A DNA stretch of 64,000 nucleotides from an uncultured Clostridia bacterium (GTDB lineage: Bacteria; Bacillota; Clostridia; Christensenellales; UBA1242). The position numbers were made by a program, and so were the translations under genes. The notes beneath the pieces are model-generated. The model searched no databases and was not told the origin of the DNA. It saw only the letters and a list, made by a program, of their open reading frames with translations. The stretch lies in the NCBI GenBank assembly GCA_944383245.1, contig CALWOU010000002.1, positions 6,417 to 70,416 of the forward strand. Reading direction: 5' to 3'. Within the stretch, counting starts at the first letter, position 1, and the number at the start of each line of letters is the position of its first letter. Positions 30,250-38,721 of this stretch are shown here, one piece after another.

Positions 30250-30365
30250 TACACTTTTCCTACAAATTTAAGGGTCAGAAATTACACTTTTCCTATAATT
30301 TTGAGGTTAGAAAAATACACTTTTCCTATAAATTTAGGGGTCAAAATTTACACTTTTCCAATTTC
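30250..30365. repeat. 33-bp tandem direct repeat, 3.5 units
   Basis: Units start at 30250, 30283, 30316 and 30349. The consensus is TACACTTTTCCTAYAAWTTTRRGGKTMARAAWW. A weaker TACACT copy is at about 30218. Confidence 0.85.
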
Positions 30366-30456
30366 TTAATGTTTTTATTGAGATTTTTGCGTATAGTTTT
30401 AATTAAAAAAACTAGAATTTGATTTTACTAATTTACATTAAATTTATAATTTACTC

Positions 30457-30485
30457 TTGCTTTTTTTGTTTTTGTATGCTATAAT
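30457..30485 (+). promoter_or_regulatory. Promoter of the rpsF-ssb-rpsR operon
   Basis: TTGCTT, a 17-nt spacer and TATAAT, with a TG extended -10 (TGCTATAAT). Confidence 0.6.
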
Positions 30486-30491
30486 TCAAAT

Positions 30492-30603
30492 GTTAAAAGT
30501 TAATTTTAACGCAAGTGGTTATTTTAAGTCGATTTAAAATGCCACTTGACGCGTAAAGCGTTCCTTACCTAGAAATAGGTCAAAAGTCCAAAAGGAGGTT
30601 AAT
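30492..30603 (+). promoter_or_regulatory. Structured 5' leader of rpsF (possible S6:S18-binding leader)
   Basis: Hairpins GCAAGTGG...CCACTTG(a)C (30511-30550) and ACCTA-GAAA-TAGGT (30566-30579) lie just before the SD. The functional assignment is inferred from position only. Confidence 0.3.
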
Positions 30604-30885
30604 ATGAAAAATTATGAGTTGATGTATATCATTCCAAGTCAGTCAACTGACGAAGAAAAAGAAGCATTGATTGCTCTTGTTAACGGAATGATTGAAAAAG
30701 ACGGCGGAAAAATCGAATCTGTTGAACGCATCGGAAATAAGAAACTCGCTTATCCTATCGATAAAAAGCGCGAAGGATACTACGTTTTAACTAATTTCTC
30801 AACTGATGCTAACGTTCCAAACAGGCTCGGCGCTCTTTTATCAATAACAAACAACATAATGCGTTATATAATTGTTGCAAAATAG
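30604..30885 (+). CDS. rpsF: 30S ribosomal protein S6
   Basis: MKNYELMYII...KLAYPI is typical S6. It has an AAGGAGG ribosome-binding site. Confidence 0.95.
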   Translation: MKNYELMYIIPSQSTDEEKEALIALVNGMIEKDGGKIESVERIGNKKLAYPIDKKREGYYVLTNFSTDANVPNRLGALLSITNNIMRYIIVAK

Positions 30886-31070
30886 TTAAAATATTTAGCA
30901 CGTTTAAACAAATTATACAAATTTTGATTTTTAAAATGTGATACCACAATTTAATGTGGTCGAAAATTAAATACAAAATTTAATTTTTTATCGCACACTT
31001 ATTTTAATTATTATTTTACTAATTGAAAGTGGAATAATTTATAAAAAGTAAGTAAAATTTAGGAGAAATT

Positions 31071-31478
31071 ATGAACAAAGTTTATTTAATTGGCAACTTA
31101 ACTCGTGACCCAGAACTTAGCAACACAACAAGCGGAGTGGCTGTTTGTAGATTGTCTATTGCTGTAGGTCGTCGTTTTGCTAATGCAGACGGTAGCCGTG
31201 ACACTGATTTCTTTAACGTAACTGCTTGGCGCGCCACTGCTGAAAATTGCGCAAGATATCTAAAAAAAGGTAGCAAAATTGCAGTTGTTGGCTCAATCCA
31301 AACAAGAAATTACGAAAGAAGTGACGGAACCAAAGGTTTTGCAATAGATATTGTGGCAGATGAAGTTGAATTTTTGTCAACTAAAAATGATGGTTCGTCT
31401 GAATCCGGCGTGACTGCAAATTCTAGCGCACCTGTTAGCGACTTGCAACCTGTGGATGACGATAGTTTGCCGTTCTAA
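31071..31478 (+). CDS. ssb: Single-stranded DNA-binding protein
   Basis: OB-fold N-terminus MNKVYLIGNLTRDPEL and an acidic C-terminal tip DDDSLPF. Confidence 0.95.
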   Translation: MNKVYLIGNLTRDPELSNTTSGVAVCRLSIAVGRRFANADGSRDTDFFNVTAWRATAENCARYLKKGSKIAVVGSIQTRNYERSDGTKGFAIDIVADEVEFLSTKNDGSSESGVTANSSAPVSDLQPVDDDSLPF

Positions 31479-31539
31479 TTTAATCATAAAACTTAATAAA
31501 ACAAACATTAATTGAATTAATAATTAAAAGGAGATAAAT

Positions 31540-31836
31540 ATGGAAGAAGTTGTAAATCAACCTGCTAATCAACCAGCAGTTGAAGAGAGCGCTAAACCTG
31601 TTGAAAAGAAAAAATTCTTTAAACACAACAAGTCAAAGAAAAAAGTTTGCGCTTTTTGTGAAGATAAAAAACCTATAGACTATAAAGACGTTAACAGACT
31701 TAAAAAGTTCGTTACAGAAAAAGGAAAAATTATTCCTTCTCGTCAAACAGGCACTTGCGCTCGTCACCAAAGAGAATTGACTGTTGCAATTAAACGCGCA
31801 AGAAATATGGCTTTGCTACCATTCAGTGGCGACTAA
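31540..31836 (+). CDS. rpsR: 30S ribosomal protein S18 (with an N-terminal extension)
   Basis: [44 protein letters not shown] is canonical S18. Confidence 0.93.
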   Translation: MEEVVNQPANQPAVEESAKPVEKKKFFKHNKSKKKVCAFCEDKKPIDYKDVNRLKKFVTEKGKIIPSRQTGTCARHQRELTVAIKRARNMALLPFSGD

Positions 31837-31848
31837 TCATTAAAGTAA

Positions 31849-31889
31849 ACACTTCAAATGATGTTCATTTCATATTGAGGTGTTTTTTT
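31849..31889 (+). terminator. Terminator after rpsR
   Basis: The 9-bp stem ACACTTCAA/TTGAGGTGT is followed by T7. Confidence 0.65.
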
Positions 31890-31908
31890 GTATTTTTTAA
31901 AAAAAGTG

Positions 31909-31936
31909 TTGACATACTAAATTTTTATTATATAAT
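31909..31936 (+). promoter_or_regulatory. Promoter upstream of rdgB
   Basis: TTGACA, a 16-nt spacer and TATAAT. Confidence 0.6.
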
Positions 31937-32032
31937 GCTAGTGCGGTCACTTAATTTAGAACACAAATTGCTTCACATTTTTAGATGAGTAGTTCACACT
32001 TTTTAAACTGCAACAAGTGTAAGGAGGGGAGT

Positions 32033-32620
32033 ATGAAAGAAATTGTTATAGCATCAGGAAACGAAGGTAAAATAAAGGAAGTTCAAGAAATTTTAAAGGA
32101 CTATAAAATTGTATCAATAAAAGATTTAGGAGTGGATGTAGACGTTGAAGAAGACCAGCCAACTTTTAAATTAAATGCAATTAAAAAAGCAGAAACAATT
32201 GCTAATTTAGTTAAAGGTAAATGGTGCATAGCGGACGATTCAGGAATAGAAATAGAATCGTTAAATGGTTTTCCTGGAGTGTACACAAAAAGGTGGCTTA
32301 ATGGTACAGATAGAGAAAGGAATTTGCAAATCATAGAAAAGGTAAAAGGATTTCCTAAAAATAAAAGAAAAATAAAGTACACAACTGCAATTGCTCTTTC
32401 AAACGGAAAACACACCATTTGCGAACTTGGCACAATTAATGGATTTGTTTCAAACGAACCAAGAGGCGAAAACGGATTCGGTTTTGATGAAATTTTTGAA
32501 TTAGATAATGGCAAAACATTATCCGAACTAACCAATGAAGAAAAAAATCAAATTAGTGCAAGAAAAAAGGCGCTAGAAAAGATAAAGCAAAGTTTAATTA
32601 GCAACAAATACGAATTATAG
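32033..32620 (+). CDS. rdgB: Non-canonical purine NTP pyrophosphatase (RdgB/HAM1)
   Basis: MKEIVIASGNEGKIKE is the N-terminus, with ...DDSGIEIESLNGFPGVYTKRW further in. The ATG at 32033 follows AAGGAGGGG, in frame with the track ORF 31985. Confidence 0.88.
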   Translation: MKEIVIASGNEGKIKEVQEILKDYKIVSIKDLGVDVDVEEDQPTFKLNAIKKAETIANLVKGKWCIADDSGIEIESLNGFPGVYTKRWLNGTDRERNLQIIEKVKGFPKNKRKIKYTTAIALSNGKHTICELGTINGFVSNEPRGENGFGFDEIFELDNGKTLSELTNEEKNQISARKKALEKIKQSLISNKYEL

Positions 32621-32677
32621 AAAAGACGTAAGGACTTTCTAGCAACTAGCAAAATATGTGTCAATACAATACAAAAA

Positions 32678-32709
32678 ATCGCCATTTAGAGATTTTATGG
32701 CGATTTTTT
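32678..32709 (+). terminator. Terminator after rdgB
   Basis: ATCGCCAT...ATGGCGAT is followed by TTTTTT. Confidence 0.7.
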
Positions 32710-33215
32710 CATTATAACATAATTACAACAAATATGATTGTGAATAATAGGCAAATTAGTATTGAAACTAAACTTATTATTAAACTTGCAAGACCAATTT
32801 TGTTTTTATTTAAATGCCTTTGATAGTTTGCAAACGAAGTGCTTAAATTAGTTTTAAAAAAAATTAAATATTTTATAATGGCAAAAAAATAAAAGTTTAA
32901 AATGTTAAGTTAATAGAGTAGGCTAATTAGAAGTGTAAAAATAAGGGAGGATAAATTAATTTAAAATAAAACAAAAATTTGTACAATTAAATTAGTTCGA
33001 AGTAAAAAAAGATAGTGGTAGAAGTGAATTTAAAAAACTTCACTTTAATAATCACTATCTTTTGCTTTTATCTAATTTTTGCGACCAAAAACAATGCAAA
33101 CAATGTTGTTTAGCCGAATTTATTAAAGATTTATATTGATTTATTTAAACCTAATTAACTATTACAATTGCAATATAACCTCCAAAATGAAATTGCAGTG
33201 TGGTTAACTAGAATT

Positions 33216-33503
33216 TTACTTTTTCTTTAATAAATTTTTGAAAGTTGCGCTAAGTTTTACAGTTGGAACTTTGCAAGCAGCAACTTTAATTTTTTCGCCT
33301 GTGAATGGATTTAATTTAACGCCAGCCTTATTTGATTTAATGCCGAAGTTCATATAACCCATAAAGTGCATTTCATTCCCTTTGATAAGATTTTGCTTTA
33401 ATTGTTCGCCAGCGGCAGTTAAAATTGCCTTAACATTGGTTTGTGTGAAACCTGTTGCTTCTGCGACTTGTTTTACGAATTCGCCTGTGCTAATTGTGTT
33501 CAT
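33216..33503 (-). CDS. hup: HU-family DNA-binding protein
   Basis: 95 aa. It shows the HU/IHF pattern (FVKQVAEATGFTQTNVKAIL...NPFTGEKIKV). Confidence 0.88.
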   Translation of the reverse strand: MNTISTGEFVKQVAEATGFTQTNVKAILTAAGEQLKQNLIKGNEMHFMGYMNFGIKSNKAGVKLNPFTGEKIKVAACKVPTVKLSATFKNLLKKK

Positions 33504-33962
33504 AAAAATCTCCTTTTTTATTAGTTTTGGTTAAAATGCGTTGCTACAACTAACCATTAACTATAAAAATGCTAGCAAATAAAACCCAAAAAAGCAACTA
33601 ATTTTAAGGTGTTTTGAAAATTTTTTAAAATTAAAAATTCGTATAAATATTAAAAACTTTTCTAATTTTAGTTTGTCGTACTAAAAAATAGATTTCACAA
33701 AACAAAAATCAAATTAAAATAACATAATAAATAAAATTAAAAATTCACGTTAAGTTATAATAAAATAAAAAATTATGTAGGAATTAAAAATTATATTGTT
33801 TTTTATTAAGCAATAAATATATATTTATTATATAAATTGAGGTTAAATTATTGCAAAAATAAAGTGGTTGTGTTAAAATAATATGTATTTTTAAGAAATT
33901 TTAAGTTTTGGCAACACATAATTTGAAAAACTTAGAAAATTCATTACTAAAAGGACGATTTT

Positions 33963-35777
33963 ATGGATATTAGAAACATTGCAATAATTGCGCACGTCGA
34001 TCACGGTAAAACAAGTTTAGTAAACGCCTTGCTAAAACAAGGCGGAGTTTTTAGAGATAACCAAGAAGTGCAGGATAGAGTTATGGACTCAAATGCATTG
34101 GAGCGCGAACGTGGAATCACGATTTTAAGTAAAAACTGCTCAGCATATTACAAAAACACAAAAATCAATATTGTAGACACCCCAGGACACGCAGACTTCG
34201 GTGGCGAAGTGGAACGTGTGTTAAAAATGGTTGACGGAGTGTTGCTTGTGGTAGACGCGTTCGAAGGTCCAATGCCACAAACTCGTTTTGTGCTTGAACA
34301 CGCACTTGCACTAAACTTAAAAGTGGTTATTGTTATCAATAAGATTGATAGACCAGATGCAAGGTTAGACGTGGTTGGCGATGAAGTGCTTGAACTTATG
34401 CTTGACCTAAATGCAACAGACGAGCAATTAAATAGCCCAATCATATACACAAGCGCACGCGCTGGCACAGCAACAACTGATTACAAAGTGCCTGGCACAG
34501 ATATGTCTGTGCTATTTGAAGCAATAATAAATCACATCGACCCGCCAAAAATGAACGTGGACGCACCTTTTTCAATGCTTATTTCTTCAACCGAACACAA
34601 TGATTATTTGGGTAAACTTGCGGTTGGAAAAGTCGAAAGCGGAACAGTTAAATTAAATCAAACATTGTATATCAAAAATTATTTTGACGAAAACAAGCAT
34701 TACACAGGTAAAGCGGTAAATATTTTCAACTTCAACGGTTTAAAACGTGACCCTATTGAAGTTGGCACTGCTGGTGATATTATTTGTATTGCCGGTATTC
34801 CTGATATTACTATTGGTGACACTGTTAACGAAACAGCAGATATGCCTGCTATTCCTTTTGTTAAAATTAGCGAGCCAAGTGTGGAAATGACATTTATGGT
34901 TAACGATAGTCCGTTCGCAGGAAAAGAAGGTAAATTTGTAACAAGCCGTCACCTAAAAGAGAGATTATATAAAGAAGCGGTTAAAGATTTATCTTTGCAA
35001 GTTAGCGATGGCGACACGGCCGACCAATTCAAAGTGCGCGGACGTGGCGAAATGCACCTTAGTATTCTTATTGAAAACATGCGTAGAGATGGTTACGAAT
35101 TCCAAGTTAGCCGTCCAAGAGTTTTGTATAAATACATTGACGGCGTTAAGTGCGAACCAATAGATAAAGTGGTTATTGACGTTCCAGAAGATGCGGTAGG
35201 AACAGTTATGCAATCAATGGGTATTAAAAAAGGTGAATTGATTAGTATGACTCCTATGGGTAGCCGAATGAGATTGCAGTTTAAAGTGCCAAGCCGTGGA
35301 CTATTTGGCTATAAATCTCAGTTACTAACCGACACAAAAGGTGAAGGTGTTATGTCTAGCGTGTTTGATGCTTATGAACCATATAAAGGCGAGATTGAAG
35401 GAAGAAATTTTGGTTCCCTAATTAGTTATGAAACCGGCGAAGCTATAACTTACGGTCTATTCAACGCACAAGGTAGGGGAAGATTGCTTGTTCGCCCAGG
35501 CGATAAGGTTTATATGGGTCAAGTGGTTGGAGTGAACCCAAAAGGCGACGATATTGTAGTGAACGTTTGCAAGAAAAAGCAACTTACGAACACACGTTCA
35601 AGTTCTAGTGACGAAGCATTAAGGTTAACACCTATTCAAGATATGACGCTTGAAGAAGCCCTTGAATTTATTGCAGACGACGAACTTGTGGAAGTAACAC
35701 CAAAGTCAATTCGTATTAGAAAAGCAATTTTGGACCACCAATTGCGCGCAAAAGCAAGAAAACCAGTTGTTGAATAA
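33963..35777 (+). CDS. typA: Translational GTPase TypA/BipA
   Basis: G1 AHVDHGKTS, G3 DTPGHADF and G4 NKID motifs, with a BipA-type C-terminal domain. Confidence 0.95.
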   Translation: MDIRNIAIIAHVDHGKTSLVNALLKQGGVFRDNQEVQDRVMDSNALERERGITILSKNCSAYYKNTKINIVDTPGHADFGGEVERVLKMVDGVLLVVDAFEGPMPQTRFVLEHALALNLKVVIVINKIDRPDARLDVVGDEVLELMLDLNATDEQLNSPIIYTSARAGTATTDYKVPGTDMSVLFEAIINHIDPPKMNVDAPFSMLISSTEHNDYLGKLAVGKVESGTVKLNQTLYIKNYFDENKHYTGKAVNIFNFNGLKRDPIEVGTAGDIICIAGIPDITIGDTVNETADMPAIPFVKISEPSVEMTFMVNDSPFAGKEGKFVTSRHLKERLYKEAVKDLSLQVSDGDTADQFKVRGRGEMHLSILIENMRRDGYEFQVSRPRVLYKYIDGVKCEPIDKVVIDVPEDAVGTVMQSMGIKKGELISMTPMGSRMRLQFKVPSRGLFGYKSQLLTDTKGEGVMSSVFDAYEPYKGEIEGRNFGSLISYETGEAITYGLFNAQGRGRLLVRPGDKVYMGQVVGVNPKGDDIVVNVCKKKQLTNTRSSSSDEALRLTPIQDMTLEEALEFIADDELVEVTPKSIRIRKAILDHQLRAKARKPVVE

Positions 35778-35972
35778 AAACAATCTTTTAAATTTTACCT
35801 TTTTCCTGCTTTTACGAAGGTTTAAAAACAAATATTTAGTGTTAAATCAATTTTCAAATAACCACAAAATGTGGTATAATGCTAGTAGATTAAAATTATA
35901 TGTAGGCTTTAATAACAACAAATAAAATTATATCTGTACGTTTAACAATTAAAAAAAACAATAAGGAGAGAT

Positions 35973-36233
35973 ATGCGTCCAACAAACGACACTTTTAAAA
36001 ACATTATGAAAGTAGGTAAGCGAATTGGAATTACTATTCTAATTTGCATTCCTATTATGGTTGCGTTTGGATATCTAACTAGAAATGTGATAACTGCAGA
36101 TTGGGCGCAAATTCTTTGTTTTATGGCTATAATGGCGGTGGCGGTAACCATTGAAGAACTTATATCTCGTTATAGAGAAAAGAAGAAAAAAGTTGAAATT
36201 GAAACCGAACCAAAACGCGATGTATATAAATAG
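35973..36233 (+). CDS. Small membrane protein (two TM helices, basic C-terminus)
   Basis: 86-aa ORF with an AAGGAGAG ribosome-binding site. A TGGTATAAT extended -10 lies at about 35868-35880. Confidence 0.6.
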   Translation: MRPTNDTFKNIMKVGKRIGITILICIPIMVAFGYLTRNVITADWAQILCFMAIMAVAVTIEELISRYREKKKKVEIETEPKRDVYK

Positions 36234-36238
36234 TCTCA

Positions 36239-36317
36239 GTTTATGTGGCTTTCCTCAGGTGCCAAAGCAATATCGTCAAGCCACACAAACTTCGCCTCGA
36301 CCCGCGGGGGCATAAGG
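36239..36317 (+). repeat. Structured GC-rich repeat, copy 1 (13-bp stem plus conserved tail), 79 nt
   Basis: The stem is GTTTATGTGGCTT/AAGCCACACAAAC, with one mismatch at position 5 and a 26-nt loop. The tail is TTCGCCTCGACCCGCGGGGGCATAAGG. Confidence 0.8.
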
Positions 36318-36360
36318 TTTAATTAAAATTTATGCAGTTGAAATCTGAACGTAAACATTC

Positions 36361-36388
36361 TTCGCATTGACCCGCGGGGGCTATAAGG
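36361..36388 (+). repeat. Structured GC-rich repeat, copy 2 (tail only)
   Basis: TTCGCATTGACCCGCGGGGGCTATAAGG. The following roughly 25 nt also resemble the sequence after copy 1. Confidence 0.75.
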
Positions 36389-36475
36389 ATTTATTGAAAT
36401 TAATGTAGTTAATCAAAAAAATTTTTATCAATTAGTGTAAAAGAAGAAATTATAAACTTTTAACAAGGAGATTAT

Positions 36476-37063
36476 ATGAAGCTTTTAAAAGATATTGATT
36501 GGAAACCAAATAGCGAAGGAGATATTTGTGTTAGAAGTGAATTTAAAAAAATAATTCCAGCACCACTTTTAAAAGCTGTTTTAATTTTATATGATTTAAA
36601 CATTCGAACTGTTTCGTGTGGAATGGGAGACGATTTTGGAATATCTATTGACTATGATTGTTTAAGTGAAGAAAATAAAAAGATTGCAGATGAATACATG
36701 AAAAGAAAAAAGATGGAACTTTCTAAGCCGTGCGCGCATGCACCAGAGAGAAGATTTCGTCTTGGTGTTAAAATTGATGAAAATAAAGTTGGTGAAAAAC
36801 AAGCGGAAAAATTGATACTAAAAGAATTAGAAGATTTAGGATTGAAAAAGCAGGACGTTATGTATGGATTTAGTTCAATGCAAGATAAAATCCGCCAATG
36901 GAAAGATGTTGATTTAGACGTGACGGATGATATACTTATAGATAGTTATAAAGAAGTGTATTTCGTTGATGAAAATAATGTTGTATGGGAAAATGAAGAG
37001 TTGTATAATAAACATATAGCATATGAGAATGAATTAAATATTCAAAATAATCAAACAATTTAA
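36476..37063 (+). CDS. Hypothetical protein (195 aa) lying between the repeat copies
   Basis: AAGGAG ribosome-binding site. No motif was recognised. Confidence 0.65.
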   Translation: MKLLKDIDWKPNSEGDICVRSEFKKIIPAPLLKAVLILYDLNIRTVSCGMGDDFGISIDYDCLSEENKKIADEYMKRKKMELSKPCAHAPERRFRLGVKIDENKVGEKQAEKLILKELEDLGLKKQDVMYGFSSMQDKIRQWKDVDLDVTDDILIDSYKEVYFVDENNVVWENEELYNKHIAYENELNIQNNQTI

Positions 37064-37087
37064 ATTTAGGAAATAAAGGAGTGTGTT

Positions 37088-37132
37088 ATGGCTGATAAGA
37101 AAGCAAAAATTCAACCAAATGATTTAGAATGA
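37088..37132 (+). other. Mini-ORF that duplicates the first 14 codons of dnaB (MADKKAKIQPNDLE-stop)
   Basis: AAAGGAG ribosome-binding site. 38/42 nt are identical to 37242-37283, and all 4 differences are synonymous third-position changes. The TGA stop lies 4 nt before the copy 3 stem. Confidence 0.6.
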
Positions 37133-37136
37133 TCTC

Positions 37137-37215
37137 GAGAAATCCACGTTCCGTTTAGAACTCCGTTAGGCTCTACACGTGGATATCTCTCGCCTTAATC
37201 CGCGGGAGCATAAGG
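37137..37215 (+). repeat. Structured GC-rich repeat, copy 3 (13-bp stem plus conserved tail), 79 nt
   Basis: The stem is GAGAAATCCACGT/ACGTGGATATCTC, with one mismatch at position 5 and a 27-nt loop. The tail is TCGCCTTAATCCGCGGGAGCATAAGG. Confidence 0.8.
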
Positions 37216-37241
37216 ATATAGAAATTTAGTAAGGAGGATAT

Positions 37242-38675
37242 ATGGCAGATAAAAAGGCAAAAATTCAACCCAATGATTTAGAAGCAGAGCAAAGTTTGCT
37301 TGGCGCGCTGTTTTTAAGTAAAGATGCGTGCGCGGACGTGTTTCCAAACTTAAACGCAAATGATTTTTATTCAGGGGCGCATAAAAAGATATATCAAGCG
37401 ATGCTAGATAATTATTTTAAAGACGTTGCGATTGACTACATCACGGTTAGCAAAGTGTTAAGTGATAAGGGCGAGTTGGAAGAAGTTGGCGGGCTTGAAT
37501 ATATCACCGATTTAACGCAATATGTTCCAAGTGCGGCAAACTATAAGTATTATGTTGACATCATTAAAAATGATAGTATTTTGCGCCAAATCATTGAAGC
37601 GTGCCAAAACACTATTAATGAAGCATTTGAAAATAATAGTGCGAGTGAAGTGTTAGAACGCGCCGAAAAATATATTTTTGATATTTCTCAAACGCGTAGG
37701 ACAAACGACCTTGAACACATTAAAAAAGGTGTTGCCGAAGCGATTGATTTAATGGAAAAAATATCAATCGACCCTAACGCAAACACAGGTATTAAAGTTG
37801 GTTTCCCAACCCTTGATAAAATCACAAACGGCTTTAAACCTGGCGAACTTATCATTATTGCGGCGCGCCCTGGTATTGGTAAAACCACGTTAGCCGTAAA
37901 CTTTGCAATAAATTCTGCAATTAAGCACAAGAAAACTATTGCAATGTTCGACCTTGAGATGAGCGCACTTCAAGTGGCGCAACGTTTTATATGTTCCACC
38001 GGTCGCGTTCCTATGGACGCAGTTAAAGGCGGAAGCAAAGATAATAACGTTTGGTCAACCTTATTTGAAACAAAGAAAATTTTGGAAGACGCAAATATTT
38101 ATGTTGACGACACTACAACAATAACCCCTGCTGAAATTTTGTCTAAATGTAGAAAATTAAAAGCACAATCTGGGCTAGATATGGTTATTATTGACTATTT
38201 GCAACTTATGAAAAGCGAGCGCGCAAATAAGGACGGAAATCGTCAACAAGAAGTTGCCGAATTAACACGTTCAATCAAACTTGCAGCGCGTGAACTAGGT
38301 GTTCCAATTTTGTTACTATCTCAATTAAATCGTGAAAGCGAAAAACGTGCAGATAAAACTCCGCAACTAAGTGATTTAAGAGAATCTGGTTCAATCGAAC
38401 AGGACGCAGATATTGTTATGTTTATTGCAGACATCGCAAGCGAAAACGCAAAAGAAGATTCAACTGATGATGCACTAGATTATTCGCTTGTTATTGCAAA
38501 ACATAGAAATGGTATGCGTGGCACAATTCCAATTAAGTGGAAGAGTGAGTTCACTCAATTCTACGAACCTGGAAAGGACACATTATACACCAAAAACACA
38601 AGCAAAATTCAAAAAGGCGACGTGTTAACTCCAGTTGAAAATTCAGAAATAGACGACATTTTCAGCGAAGAATAA
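37242..38675 (+). CDS. dnaB: Replicative DNA helicase DnaB
   Basis: N-terminal PNDLEAEQSLLGALF, Walker A ARPGIGKTTLA, Walker B VIIDYLQLM and the SQLNRESE arginine-finger region. Confidence 0.96.
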   Translation: MADKKAKIQPNDLEAEQSLLGALFLSKDACADVFPNLNANDFYSGAHKKIYQAMLDNYFKDVAIDYITVSKVLSDKGELEEVGGLEYITDLTQYVPSAANYKYYVDIIKNDSILRQIIEACQNTINEAFENNSASEVLERAEKYIFDISQTRRTNDLEHIKKGVAEAIDLMEKISIDPNANTGIKVGFPTLDKITNGFKPGELIIIAARPGIGKTTLAVNFAINSAIKHKKTIAMFDLEMSALQVAQRFICSTGRVPMDAVKGGSKDNNVWSTLFETKKILEDANIYVDDTTTITPAEILSKCRKLKAQSGLDMVIIDYLQLMKSERANKDGNRQQEVAELTRSIKLAARELGVPILLLSQLNRESEKRADKTPQLSDLRESGSIEQDADIVMFIADIASENAKEDSTDDALDYSLVIAKHRNGMRGTIPIKWKSEFTQFYEPGKDTLYTKNTSKIQKGDVLTPVENSEIDDIFSEE

Positions 38676-38721
38676 CCATTTTTAATTTTAACTAAAAATA
38701 TTTAAAAAATAGGAGTTATGT

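Noticed and set aside
30250-30365. The 33-bp repeats as a small CRISPR array
   Set aside because: The units are directly contiguous with no unique spacers. The repeats are degenerate, and no cas genes or leader are present.
30237-30422. A 61-aa ORF encoding the repeated peptide LHFSYKF(K/R)GQ
   Set aside because: It is simply the 33-bp tandem DNA repeat read in one frame (33 = 11 codons). It has no ribosome-binding site. It is treated as a DNA repeat, not a gene.
35858-35880. The ACCACA-N3-TGTGGT palindrome over the promoter of the small membrane gene (and ACCACA-N6-TGTGGT at 30942-30959) as paired DnaA boxes
   Set aside because: Each half matches the 9-mer DnaA box at only 5-7 positions, and only two sites are involved. 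The evidence is insufficient to call.
36239-37215. The structured repeats as integron attC sites, group I/II intron pieces, a T-box or a known riboswitch
   Set aside because: The stem ends do not match the attC R''/R' (RYYYAAC...GTTRRRY) order, and no integron integrase is present. The repeats are too short and lack intron core or domain V features. The tail does not match the T-box sequence (AGGGTGGNACCGCG) or any riboswitch consensus I could recall. They are left as unclassified.
37088-37283. The dnaB 5' duplication as a translational bypass (T4 gene 60-like) or a spliced intervening sequence
   Set aside because: The downstream copy has its own strong SD and ATG and repeats the same 14 residues. 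Bypass or splicing would duplicate the peptide rather than join exons. It is kept as a finding with other explanations.
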